Part shown: positions 1 to 5,617 of the stretch, piece after piece | How positions within the stretch are numbered: the first letter of the stretch is position 1 | Layout: every line of letters starts with the position of its first letter | From: Erysipelotrichaceae bacterium | GTDB taxonomy: Bacteria > Bacillota_I > Bacilli_A > Erysipelotrichales > Erysipelotrichaceae | Assembly: GCA_030604855.1 (NCBI GenBank) | Contig: JAUVVC010000015.1 | Span: forward strand, 1-13,686 | Direction of reading: 5' to 3' | DNA: 13,686 nt | Position numbers and translations under genes: made by a program | The notes under the pieces: model-generated | What the model was told of the DNA's origin: nothing | Databases searched by the model: none | What the model saw: the letters and a program-made list of their open reading frames with translations, nothing else

Positions 1-114
1 ACTTAAATAATGCTCAATTCATCCTGTTTAGCTTAGAAAAACCCTACCTTTTAAGACTCGATTTTCTATCTATCCTGAAAATATGGACTTGACTCTTACA
101 ATGTGGAATCTACT

Positions 115-170
115 TTTTCAATCAAGCGCGGTTTTATCAATGCTTTTATCAAGCGGTTTTATCAAGCGCG
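115..170. repeat. Imperfect tandem array of four 12-16 nt units, core TTTTATCAAGCG
   Basis: Read directly from the sequence. ATCAA(G/T)C cores begin at 121, 136, 148 and 161, each preceded by TTTT. The array lies just past the stop of the lipoprotein gene (minus strand), next to a GACTAG-N4-GACTAG mini-repeat at 170-185. Confidence 0.8.
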
Positions 171-181
171 ACTAGCCGTGA

Positions 182-628
182 CTAGAACTTTCGAACCTCA
201 AACGTGATGGCAAACCCGATGAGCTCATTATTTTCATTGAATTGATACGTAAAGCTCATCAATCCATTTGTATATCTAACCAAATCAACAACCGAGCCAA
301 TCAGATACTTATCCAAAGGATGTTGACCTTGCATAAATTCTGATTTGATGATCTCTTCAAAGTCTTCTGCTTGACGAAGACGCGTATCCAGGTATTCTTG
401 GAAACCTTCCAAACTTGTCCCATTCTTATAATCTTCTTTTATCATTTCGAATATCGGGCTCACATCACCCTCAACCGCTTGAAGCGTTAAAGCGTTACAC
501 TGCTCCTTAAGCTTATCCACATCAAACACGACTTCTGCTTCTTCTTTTTTACACGCACTTAGATTTCCTAATACAAATAAAACGATACCAATTAATACAA
601 GTAATCTTATTCCCCGATGTTTAAACAC
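182..628 (-). CDS. Putative secreted lipoprotein, unknown function (148 aa)
   Basis: The N-terminus MFKHRGIRLLVLIGIVLFVLGNLSAC has a basic n-region, a hydrophobic core and an L-S-A-C lipobox. GTG start at 628 is preceded by AAAGGGGAAG (SD) about 6 nt upstream. I recognise no family for the mature part. Confidence 0.7.
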   Translation of the reverse strand: MFKHRGIRLLVLIGIVLFVLGNLSACKKEEAEVVFDVDKLKEQCNALTLQAVEGDVSPIFEMIKEDYKNGTSLEGFQEYLDTRLRQAEDFEEIIKSEFMQGQHPLDKYLIGSVVDLVRYTNGLMSFTYQFNENNELIGFAITFEVRKF

Positions 629-662
629 AATGCTTCCCCTTTAATGTTGTAGTTAGCTAGCG
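628..662 (-). repeat. Copy 1 of a 35-nt conserved intergenic block carrying the lipoprotein SD and start
   Basis: Plus strand caatgcttcccctttaatgttgtagttagctagcg matches 1367-1401 at 33/35 positions. On the minus strand it reads CGCTAGCTAACTACAACATTAAAGGGGAAGCATTG, followed by TG to complete the GTG start. Confidence 0.9.
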
Positions 663-793
663 TGATATGCCTAGAAGCAAATAATCAGCCTCTTAGTTCC
701 ATGAAAATCCTCGTTTGTCTCATCAATCATTACTATGGATATGTAATGGTTGGTAAAGACTTTATCATTTAAGTATCTAGATGCGATTGAAAC

Positions 794-1135
794 TCAATAT
801 TTTCGAATATATCGATTTGGATCGATGATTGTTACCAAATTTGATGCAAGGGAGAACTTTGTGCAAAGATAGTTTTTAAACTCATCTTGTTTCAAATACG
901 ACTGACCCTGTAATCCAGCACCACTTGTCCCATACACATCAAAGCGACCGATATCATTCAAATCTTTTGGTTGTACTTTCCCTACTGCTTCATCTTTCAA
1001 TTGAATGATGTAACGATAAGTTACTTTTTCTTCTTGACCTGTCTTGTTCTTTTTTTTATAGTAATCAACAATTGTTTTACTAAAAAAGATGGAAGGTATT
1101 CCAAAAATAAGGATAAAAATGATAAACACATCCAT
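794..1135 (-). CDS. Small membrane-anchored hypothetical protein (113 aa), paralog of 1421-1717
   Basis: ATG at 1135 with AGGGGGG SD 5 nt upstream. N-terminal hydrophobic helix MDVFIIFILIFGIPSIFF is followed by a KKKNK stop-transfer stretch. The C-terminal ~67 residues align without gaps to the 98-aa ORF (about 25 identities by eye, e.g. YIIxxKD, YxTSGxxLQG, KDE, KF, IxP). Confidence 0.6.
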   Translation of the reverse strand: MDVFIIFILIFGIPSIFFSKTIVDYYKKKNKTGQEEKVTYRYIIQLKDEAVGKVQPKDLNDIGRFDVYGTSGAGLQGQSYLKQDEFKNYLCTKFSLASNLVTIIDPNRYIRKY

Positions 1136-1170
1136 AATAACCCCCCTGTTCCTTTATTTCTTCGTTCTTC

Positions 1171-1343
1171 TGGTTCTATGGAACCTTTGAAATTCAAACT
1201 TCTAGTTCTATAAACTACCTAGCGCATATTATGTATAAACAACGGCATTTTTACTTATGAATCAATTATATAATCAAGCATTTTTCAAAGGTTGATCGAG
1301 AACCAATCCTGAACTTTCACATTTCAAAGGTAATCACGAACCA
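1171..1343. promoter_or_regulatory. Three copies of a 22-23 nt motif, TGGTTC-N6/7-AACCTTTGAAA, upstream of the 113-aa gene
   Basis: Copy C at 1171-1193 on the plus strand: tggttctatggaacctttgaaat. Copies B (1283-1305) and A (1322-1343) lie on the minus strand: tggttctcgatcaacctttgaaa and tggttcgtgattacctttgaaa. Copy C overlaps the perfect 13-bp palindrome TTTGAAATTCAAA at 1186-1198. C and B form an inverted pair around about 90 bp. Confidence 0.6.
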
Positions 1344-1366
1344 TTTTAAATATCTATATTTTATTA

Positions 1367-1401
1367 CAATGCTTCCCCTTTTATGTTGTAGTTAGCCAGC
1401 G
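1367..1401 (-). repeat. Copy 2 of the 35-nt conserved intergenic block, with no ORF downstream
   Basis: Plus strand caatgcttccccttttatgttgtagttagccagcg. It lies 20 nt past the stop of the 98-aa gene. The SD AAAAGGGGAAG is retained, but the position of the GTG start reads GTA and is followed by stops. Homology extends weakly to AAATAATC (1402-1409 versus 679-686) across a 16-nt indel. Confidence 0.9.
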
Positions 1402-1420
1402 AAATAATCTTTGGGAAGTA

Positions 1421-1717
1421 TTATCCTCTTAAACCCATAAAAATAATCGGTGTAATTACGACAACCTTCTCATTTGGCACACCAAACTTTTGTGCAAACT
1501 TGACTTGTATCTCATCTTTTGTCAGCTCACTTGAACCTTGAAGCGCAACACCACTTGTTCTGTAGATTCTGAATTTTCCAAACTCTAGCACATCCTCTGG
1601 CATAATGTTTCTAAGGCCTGTATCCTTAAATGAAATGATGTAATGATTTCCAATCCGTTTTGAGTCCTTTGACGTGAATCCGAAAAAGCCTTTTAGATAC
1701 TCTAGGACATAGTTCAT
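1421..1717 (-). CDS. Small hypothetical protein (98 aa), paralog of 794-1135 without the N-terminal TM helix
   Basis: ATG at 1717 with GGGGGA SD 7 nt upstream. It shares the domain with the 113-aa ORF and has short stretches of nucleotide similarity too (aacttttgtgcaaa versus aactttgtgcaaa). Confidence 0.6.
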   Translation of the reverse strand: MNYVLEYLKGFFGFTSKDSKRIGNHYIISFKDTGLRNIMPEDVLEFGKFRIYRTSGVALQGSSELTKDEIQVKFAQKFGVPNEKVVVITPIIFMGLRG

Positions 1718-1739
1718 CGATTAGTCCCCCGTTTTGTTA

Positions 1740-1748
1740 AGCATACCA
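1740..1748 (-). promoter_or_regulatory. Candidate extended -10 element (TGgTATGCT) for the 98-aa gene
   Basis: The minus strand reads T17-GATTG-TGG-TATGCT-TTAACAAAACGGGGGACTAATCG-ATG. There is no recognisable -35; the T17 tract occupies that position. Confidence 0.35.
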
Positions 1749-1753
1749 CAATC

Positions 1754-1770
1754 AAAAAAAAAAAAAAAAA
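1754..1770. repeat. 17-nt homopolymer, A17 on the plus strand and T17 on the gene strand
   Basis: Counted directly: atc-A17-cactc. It sits between the stop of the 83-aa ORF (1803) and the start of the 98-aa gene (1717), 8 nt upstream of the TATGCT hexamer. Confidence 0.95.
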
Positions 1771-1802
1771 CACTCAGTTTTCCAACTCTATTCAATAGAC
1801 TA

Positions 1803-2054
1803 TCAGTCCATAAGATCTTTGTCTGTTTCACGATTTTGATAGATATAGACGATATCCTCATTTTTAAGCTTAGAAGATGGCAATACATTCTTATCATTCA
1901 CCAATATCGTCATATCACTAACTCTTGAATTGCTTGTCAATCCAGCTTCAAAAATCATTAAAAAGTCTTGCAAGGTAGAACGATCAGGTAAGGCCAAGGA
2001 TAAGATACTGGATTGTTCGATATTGGAATCAATTACTTTGTAGTAGATAAGCAT
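1803..2054 (-). CDS. Hypothetical 83-aa protein (uncertain)
   Basis: An open frame in the same orientation as its neighbours. The only in-frame start is the ATG at 2054, with GAGGG only about 1-2 nt upstream, which is poor spacing. No recognisable motifs. Confidence 0.35.
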   Translation of the reverse strand: MLIYYKVIDSNIEQSSILSLALPDRSTLQDFLMIFEAGLTSNSRVSDMTILVNDKNVLPSSKLKNEDIVYIYQNRETDKDLMD

Positions 2055-2193
2055 ACCCTCACAATACGCTGTTTAATTAATTACATCAAGTCCCCACTCA
2101 TCAAGATTGTTGAACTAGCCATCCATTAGTTAAAATTTTTGAATAACTCTTAATCTAGTAGATTTTAGTAATATAGTAAGCGATAGATGGAAA

Positions 2194-2227
2194 ACCACAA
2201 AAAAACGTTCGAGATTAATCGAACGTT
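2194..2227 (-). terminator. Rho-independent terminator after rplA
   Basis: A 9-bp stem AACGTTCGA / TCGAACGTT (2204-2212 with 2219-2227) and a 6-nt loop. On the minus strand it is followed by TTTTTGTGGTTTT. Confidence 0.8.
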
Positions 2228-2233
2228 CTTAGT

Positions 2234-2923
2234 TTAGATTGTAGCTGTATCTAGCTTGATGCCAGGACCCATAGTCGTTGAGAGAACTAAATTCTTCATG
2301 TAGATTCCCTTAACTGCAGCAGGACGAGCACGCAAGATCAAATCATAGATGGTCTTCATGTTTTCATGGAGTTGTACATCCGTAAAGGACAACTTTCCAA
2401 CCAAAACACCGATATTACCTTCTTTATCAACACGGTATTCCACTTTACCCTTTTTGATGTCGTTAACTGCTTTAGTGACATCCATGGTAACGGTTCCCGT
2501 TTTTGGATTCGGCATCAAACCTTTAGGACCTAAAAGTTTACCCAATTTCCCTAATTCAGCCATCATGTCCGGTGTAGCGACGATGACATCAAAGTCGAAC
2601 CAGCCGCCTTTGATTTTTTCAAGAATTTCTTTGTTACCGACGAAATCTGCGCCAGCATCGAGAGCTTCTTTTTCTTTAGCACCTTGTGTGATGACCAAGA
2701 CGCGTTGAGTACGTCCTGTACCGTGTGGCAGTACGACTGCTCCACGGATTTGTTGGTCCGCATGACGTGGATCCACGTTCAAACGGAATGAAAGTTCGAC
2801 AGATGCATCAAATTTTGCATAGCTTGTCTTACGTGCCAATGCGATCGCATCATCGACATTGTAAAGCGTGGTACGGTCAACCAATTGAGCAGCCGCAACG
2901 TATTGTTTACCTTGTTTTGCCAT
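2234..2923 (-). CDS. rplA: 50S ribosomal protein L1
   Basis: 229 aa, [16 protein letters not shown]...VVLPHGTGR...IVATPDMM...[16 protein letters not shown]. This is a typical L1 sequence placed directly after rplK. Confidence 0.97.
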   Translation of the reverse strand: MAKQGKQYVAAAQLVDRTTLYNVDDAIALARKTSYAKFDASVELSFRLNVDPRHADQQIRGAVVLPHGTGRTQRVLVITQGAKEKEALDAGADFVGNKEILEKIKGGWFDFDVIVATPDMMAELGKLGKLLGPKGLMPNPKTGTVTMDVTKAVNDIKKGKVEYRVDKEGNIGVLVGKLSFTDVQLHENMKTIYDLILRARPAAVKGIYMKNLVLSTTMGPGIKLDTATI

Positions 2924-2932
2924 GGTGACCTC

Positions 2933-3355
2933 CTATTTGTCGTAGCCTTCGATAACGATGCCCATGTTGCGTGCGGTACCAGCGATGATCGCCATAGCAC
3001 CTTCCACATCATTTGCATTGAGATCCGGCAATTTGTATTCGGCAATTTTCTTCAAATCTTCGACGGAAATCTTTCCGACTTTGGTAGCTTTTGCACTACC
3101 GGAACCTTTTGCAACGTTTGCAGCTTTCTTTAACAAGTTAGCAGCAGGTGTTGTTTTCAAGACAAACGTAAACGATTTGTCTTCAAATGCTGTGATGATG
3201 ACTGGGACGATATCCCCTGCACGATCACGTGTTGCGTCATTGAACTGCGCACAGAATTGTGGCATGTTGACACTAGCAGATGCCAAAGCTGGTCCTGGGC
3301 GTGCACCGCCAGCAGGGAATTGGAGCTTGACAACTTTTGCGACTTTTTTACTCAC
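2933..3355 (-). CDS. rplK: 50S ribosomal protein L11
   Basis: 140 aa, ...KLQFPAGGARPGPALASASVNMPQFCAQFN...FVLKTTPAA. GTG start at 3355 with AAGGAGGA SD 7 nt upstream. Confidence 0.96.
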   Translation of the reverse strand: MSKKVAKVVKLQFPAGGARPGPALASASVNMPQFCAQFNDATRDRAGDIVPVIITAFEDKSFTFVLKTTPAANLLKKAANVAKGSGSAKATKVGKISVEDLKKIAEYKLPDLNANDVEGAMAIIAGTARNMGIVIEGYDK

Positions 3356-3384
3356 TCGACATTCCTCCTTTTTTGAAATGTTAG

Positions 3385-3420
3385 CCGCGGTTAAAATGGA
3401 TGAGTTTCATCCTCCCACGG
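3385..3420 (-). promoter_or_regulatory. Structured rplK-rplA leader element, candidate L1 autoregulatory site
   Basis: Minus strand CCGUGG-GA-GGAUGA-AAC-UCAUCC-AUUUUAA-CCGCGG. It has an outer 6-bp helix (one G.U pair), an asymmetric internal loop with GGGAG, and an inner perfect 6-bp hairpin. It lies between the predicted promoter and the SD. Confidence 0.35.
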
Positions 3421-3440
3421 ATTTGCCTATAGGCTTAATC

Positions 3441-3469
3441 ATTATAAGCTTCAAGGTTATTCAAGTCAA
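3441..3469 (-). promoter_or_regulatory. SigA-type promoter of rplK-rplA
   Basis: The minus strand has TTGACT (3469-3464), an exact 17-nt spacer, then TATAAT (3446-3441). The start of transcription is expected near 3434, giving a leader of about 79 nt. Confidence 0.65.
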
Positions 3470-3517
3470 CTCATAAATCATATGAAATCGTCGTTAACTC
3501 AGCCAACAACATGTATA

Positions 3518-3586
3518 TTTTTACACGTTATCAACTCATGTTAAATTTTTTCGAAATTTTTAACACGTTTTGGCTACATGTTAAAT
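3518..3586. repeat. Two ~30-nt direct repeats with conserved arms TTTTTA(A)CACGTT and CATGTTAAAT
   Basis: 3518-3546 is tttttacacgttatcaactcatgttaaat. 3557-3586 is tttttaacacgttttggctacatgttaaat. The arms are conserved and the 7-nt centre varies. In the second copy the arms form an imperfect dyad (TTAACACG / CATGTTAA). There is an extra ACATGT at 3509-3514. Confidence 0.6.
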
Positions 3587-3623
3587 AAATGGCTGTTTTT
3601 ATACATTAAATGAGATGGCGACA

Positions 3624-3995
3624 TTAAATGAGATCTTTAAACCTCAACATCGAGTATTCCTCATCCAAAGCAATATTCCCATTCGCGATGAGTTGATGAT
3701 GTTCTTGCGTGTAAGCAAACAAGATATCACGGTTGACATCCGGTTTGAACCCTTTCTTAGCCTTTGGATAAACCATCCAAATATTAGAACCTGGTTTGCG
3801 TTTTAATTTCATTTGTGCAACACACGAATCCACATCCTTCATCGCTAAGACCAAACCCAACACGACATCCGCATCGTCTTCAACGATGACTGCTGTTGTC
3901 TGCGCATCAAGATAGGGTTTTAAGATACCCTCCAGATCCACATAAGCCAATTTCATGCCTTCTTTGACATGCATCTTCTTTAATATCGCATCCAT
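3624..3995 (-). CDS. DUF3052-like protein (123 aa)
   Basis: ATG at 3995 with GGAGGAG SD. The pattern ...GSNIWMVYPKAKKGFKPDVNRDIL...IALDEEYSMLRFK resembles the W-x-x-YPK / D-x-x-RD / D-x-x-WS-x-x-RF pattern I recall for DUF3052. This is from memory and was not searched. Confidence 0.6.
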   Translation of the reverse strand: MDAILKKMHVKEGMKLAYVDLEGILKPYLDAQTTAVIVEDDADVVLGLVLAMKDVDSCVAQMKLKRKPGSNIWMVYPKAKKGFKPDVNRDILFAYTQEHHQLIANGNIALDEEYSMLRFKDLI

Positions 3996-4006
3996 GTTTC
4001 TCCTCC

Positions 4007-4032
4007 AAAAAAATACATCCTTGCGGATGTAT
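4007..4032 (-). terminator. Rho-independent terminator after nusG, running directly into the next SD
   Basis: The minus strand reads ATACATCC-GCAA-GGATGTAT-TTTTTT-GGAGGAGAAAC-ATG. The 8-bp stem is 4013-4020 with 4025-4032. The hairpin overlaps the nusG TAA stop by 1 nt. Confidence 0.7.
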
Positions 4033-4577
4033 TAAAGCGTTTTCTCCAAATCAATATAAGCGATCTCGGTTGGTGTTTCGCGACCAAACAAGGTGGTCAA
4101 CACAACCGCGGATTGTGATTCATCGTTCATACTTTCCACAACACCCTCAAGACCACTGAAAGGACCATTGAGAATACGGACATGATCGTTGACATTGAAA
4201 TTGACGACGACTTTGTTTTCACTCAAGCCTAAGCGTCTGAAGATCGTTTCGATTTCATCCGCAGAAACTGGGAAAGGTTTCGCACCACCACCTGAGGATC
4301 CGATGAATCCAGTAACACCTGGGGTATTACGAACGACATACCAAGCTTCATCGGTCATGATCATTTCCACGAATAAATAACCCGGGAAAAGATTACGCAT
4401 ACGTTCAACCTTTTTGCCATTCTTGATTTCGATTTCAGATTCTTCCGCAACCAAAATTCTAAACAGGTTGTTTTCCAAACCCATCGTTTCAACACGACGT
4501 TCAAGGTTTTCTTTTACGCGATTCTCATGTCCTGCGTAGGTATTGACGACATACCACTCTTTTACGATATCTTCCAT
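4032..4577 (-). CDS. nusG: Transcription termination/antitermination factor NusG
   Basis: An NGN domain (WYVVNTYAGHENRV, FPGYLFVEM) and a KOW domain (GDHVRILNGPFSGLEGVV). I prefer the ATG at 4577 (MEDIVKEWYVV): it has GGAG 6 nt upstream and sits 1 nt after the secE stop. The ORF-track start at 4595 is a TTG inside secE. Confidence 0.93.
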   Translation of the reverse strand: MEDIVKEWYVVNTYAGHENRVKENLERRVETMGLENNLFRILVAEESEIEIKNGKKVERMRNLFPGYLFVEMIMTDEAWYVVRNTPGVTGFIGSSGGGAKPFPVSADEIETIFRRLGLSENKVVVNFNVNDHVRILNGPFSGLEGVVESMNDESQSAVVLTTLFGRETPTEIAYIDLEKTL

Positions 4578-4578
4578 C

Positions 4579-4764
4579 TTAGACTCCAATTCCAATCATT
4601 CTAAGGAAGAAGGCAATGGCCGCCTCACTGATGACAAAGAAGATTCCGAAAAACACGATAAAGATGATGACAACCAATGTACTGTGTTGGAGTTCATCAG
4701 CCTTAGGCCAGCGAATCCGCTTAATTTCTGTAAATATCCCTGAGAGACTGAACCATTTCAACAT
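4579..4764 (-). CDS. secE: Preprotein translocase subunit SecE
   Basis: 61 aa. It has the IKRIRWP motif followed by a single TM helix (LVVIIFIVFFGIFFVISEAAIAFF) and holds the canonical position between rpmG and nusG. Confidence 0.88.
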   Translation of the reverse strand: MLKWFSLSGIFTEIKRIRWPKADELQHSTLVVIIFIVFFGIFFVISEAAIAFFLRMIGIGV

Positions 4765-4775
4765 TTGCTCTCCTC

Positions 4776-4934
4776 CTACTTTGTTTCTTTATGTAAGGTC
4801 TGCTGATTACAATGCTTACAAAACTTCATCAATTCCAAGCGCGTTGTCGCATTGCTTTTATTACGAGAAGTGGTGTAATTACGATTCAAACATATTGTGC
4901 ACGTTAAAATAACCTGCTTACTTTTATCCGCCAT
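4776..4934 (-). CDS. rpmG: 50S ribosomal protein L33
   Basis: 52 aa, [52 protein letters not shown]. It has two CxxC pairs. ATG at 4934 with GGAG 8 nt upstream. The longer ORF-track start at 4988 would overlap the sigma gene. Confidence 0.92.
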   Translation of the reverse strand: MADKSKQVILTCTICLNRNYTTSRNKSNATTRLELMKFCKHCNQQTLHKETK

Positions 4935-4965
4935 AACATCACTCCATTTCTGCTTTATAACTCTA

Positions 4966-5589
4966 TCACAAGCTCCTATGGGTGTCAAACATGAGCCTTA
5001 TTTTCTTTTTTATCTTCTGGATCGTGTTATCCACATCCTTATCCGTCAAATCAAACTGTGCTCCAATTTCACGATAGGTATACCCCAAGTGATGCTTTTG
5101 GAAGACTTTCCACTCTGTTTCGGAGAGTTGTTCCTGGATTGAAGGAATCTGATCCTTGACCCAAGCGATATCCGCCTTGAAGACTGGATCGAACTCCTTT
5201 GTACTGCTCGTAATCGTATCCAATAATGTCACATTCTCATCCTCAGACACATGCATGTCCAACGAAACAGCTTGGTTCAACATCTGACGATTCTGAGATC
5301 GATGTTTTCGTAGGTAAGAACGGACTTCATTCTCGATACACTTACTTGCGAAACTAGAGAACAGAACACCAAATCTTGGATCATGGTGTTTGATGGCATT
5401 CATCAAACCAATCAAAGCTTCTTGATAGAGATCTTGTTTATCCAGATCATGCGGAATTGGAAAGTGGACACATTTATAAATAATGGACCAAATGATACGT
5501 TGATATGCACTGATTAGTTCCTGCAACGATTCTTCGTCGTTTGCTTTGATGCGTTCAATAAGTTCGATTTCTTTGACGTCTTGAATCAC
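4966..5589 (-). CDS. sigH: SigH-like sigma-70 family factor (207 aa)
   Basis: Region 2 ([19 protein letters not shown]...[19 protein letters not shown]) and region 4 HTH ([43 protein letters not shown]) align by eye to B. subtilis SigH. It occupies the same position upstream of rpmG-secE-nusG. GTG start with AAGGAGA SD. Confidence 0.8.
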   Translation of the reverse strand: MIQDVKEIELIERIKANDEESLQELISAYQRIIWSIIYKCVHFPIPHDLDKQDLYQEALIGLMNAIKHHDPRFGVLFSSFASKCIENEVRSYLRKHRSQNRQMLNQAVSLDMHVSEDENVTLLDTITSSTKEFDPVFKADIAWVKDQIPSIQEQLSETEWKVFQKHHLGYTYREIGAQFDLTDKDVDNTIQKIKKKIRLMFDTHRSL

Positions 5590-5617
5590 AATGTGAATTC
5601 TCCTTTAACAAATGTTG

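Noticed and set aside
115-170. CRISPR-like array
   Set aside because: The units are only 12-16 nt and directly abut with no spacers. No cas genes are present.
1754-1802. T17 tract as the U-tail of a terminator for the 83-aa ORF
   Set aside because: The only nearby dyad (TCTATTCAATAGA, 1788-1800) is AT-rich, has at most 4-6 bp of stem, and sits about 17 nt from the tract. It is not a canonical intrinsic terminator.
971-1928. Plus-strand ORFs at 971-1213 and 1734-1928
   Set aside because: They lie antisense to the paralog genes or span the poly(A) tract (the KKKKK run). They are low-complexity with no SD.
1803-2054. 83-aa ORF as a ThiS/MoaD/YukD-type beta-grasp protein
   Set aside because: The only hint is a vague resemblance (ILVNDKNV...LKNEDIVYIY). 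There is no C-terminal GG and no partner E1-like or type VII secretion genes. The coding status itself is uncertain.
182-2233. Islet as a mobile element or prophage remnant
   Set aside because: It has no integrase, transposase or recombinase, no terminal inverted repeats and no tRNA or att-like flank. All its genes run in the same direction as the ribosomal operon.
2349-3476. Long plus-strand ORFs (119, 67, 82 and 172 aa) overlapping rplA and rplK
   Set aside because: They lie antisense to two unmistakable ribosomal protein genes. Their translations are low-complexity (rich in Ser, Thr, Ala and Pro) with no SD or motifs, so they are typical shadow ORFs.
4578-4595. TTG start for nusG inside secE
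   Set aside because: The ATG at 4577 has a well-spaced GGAG and immediately follows the secE stop. The extra MELESK residues are not typical of NusG.
4935-4988. Longer 70-aa version of the L33 ORF
   Set aside because: It would overlap the 3' end of the sigma gene. L33 is about 50 aa, and the internal ATG at 4934 has a proper SD.
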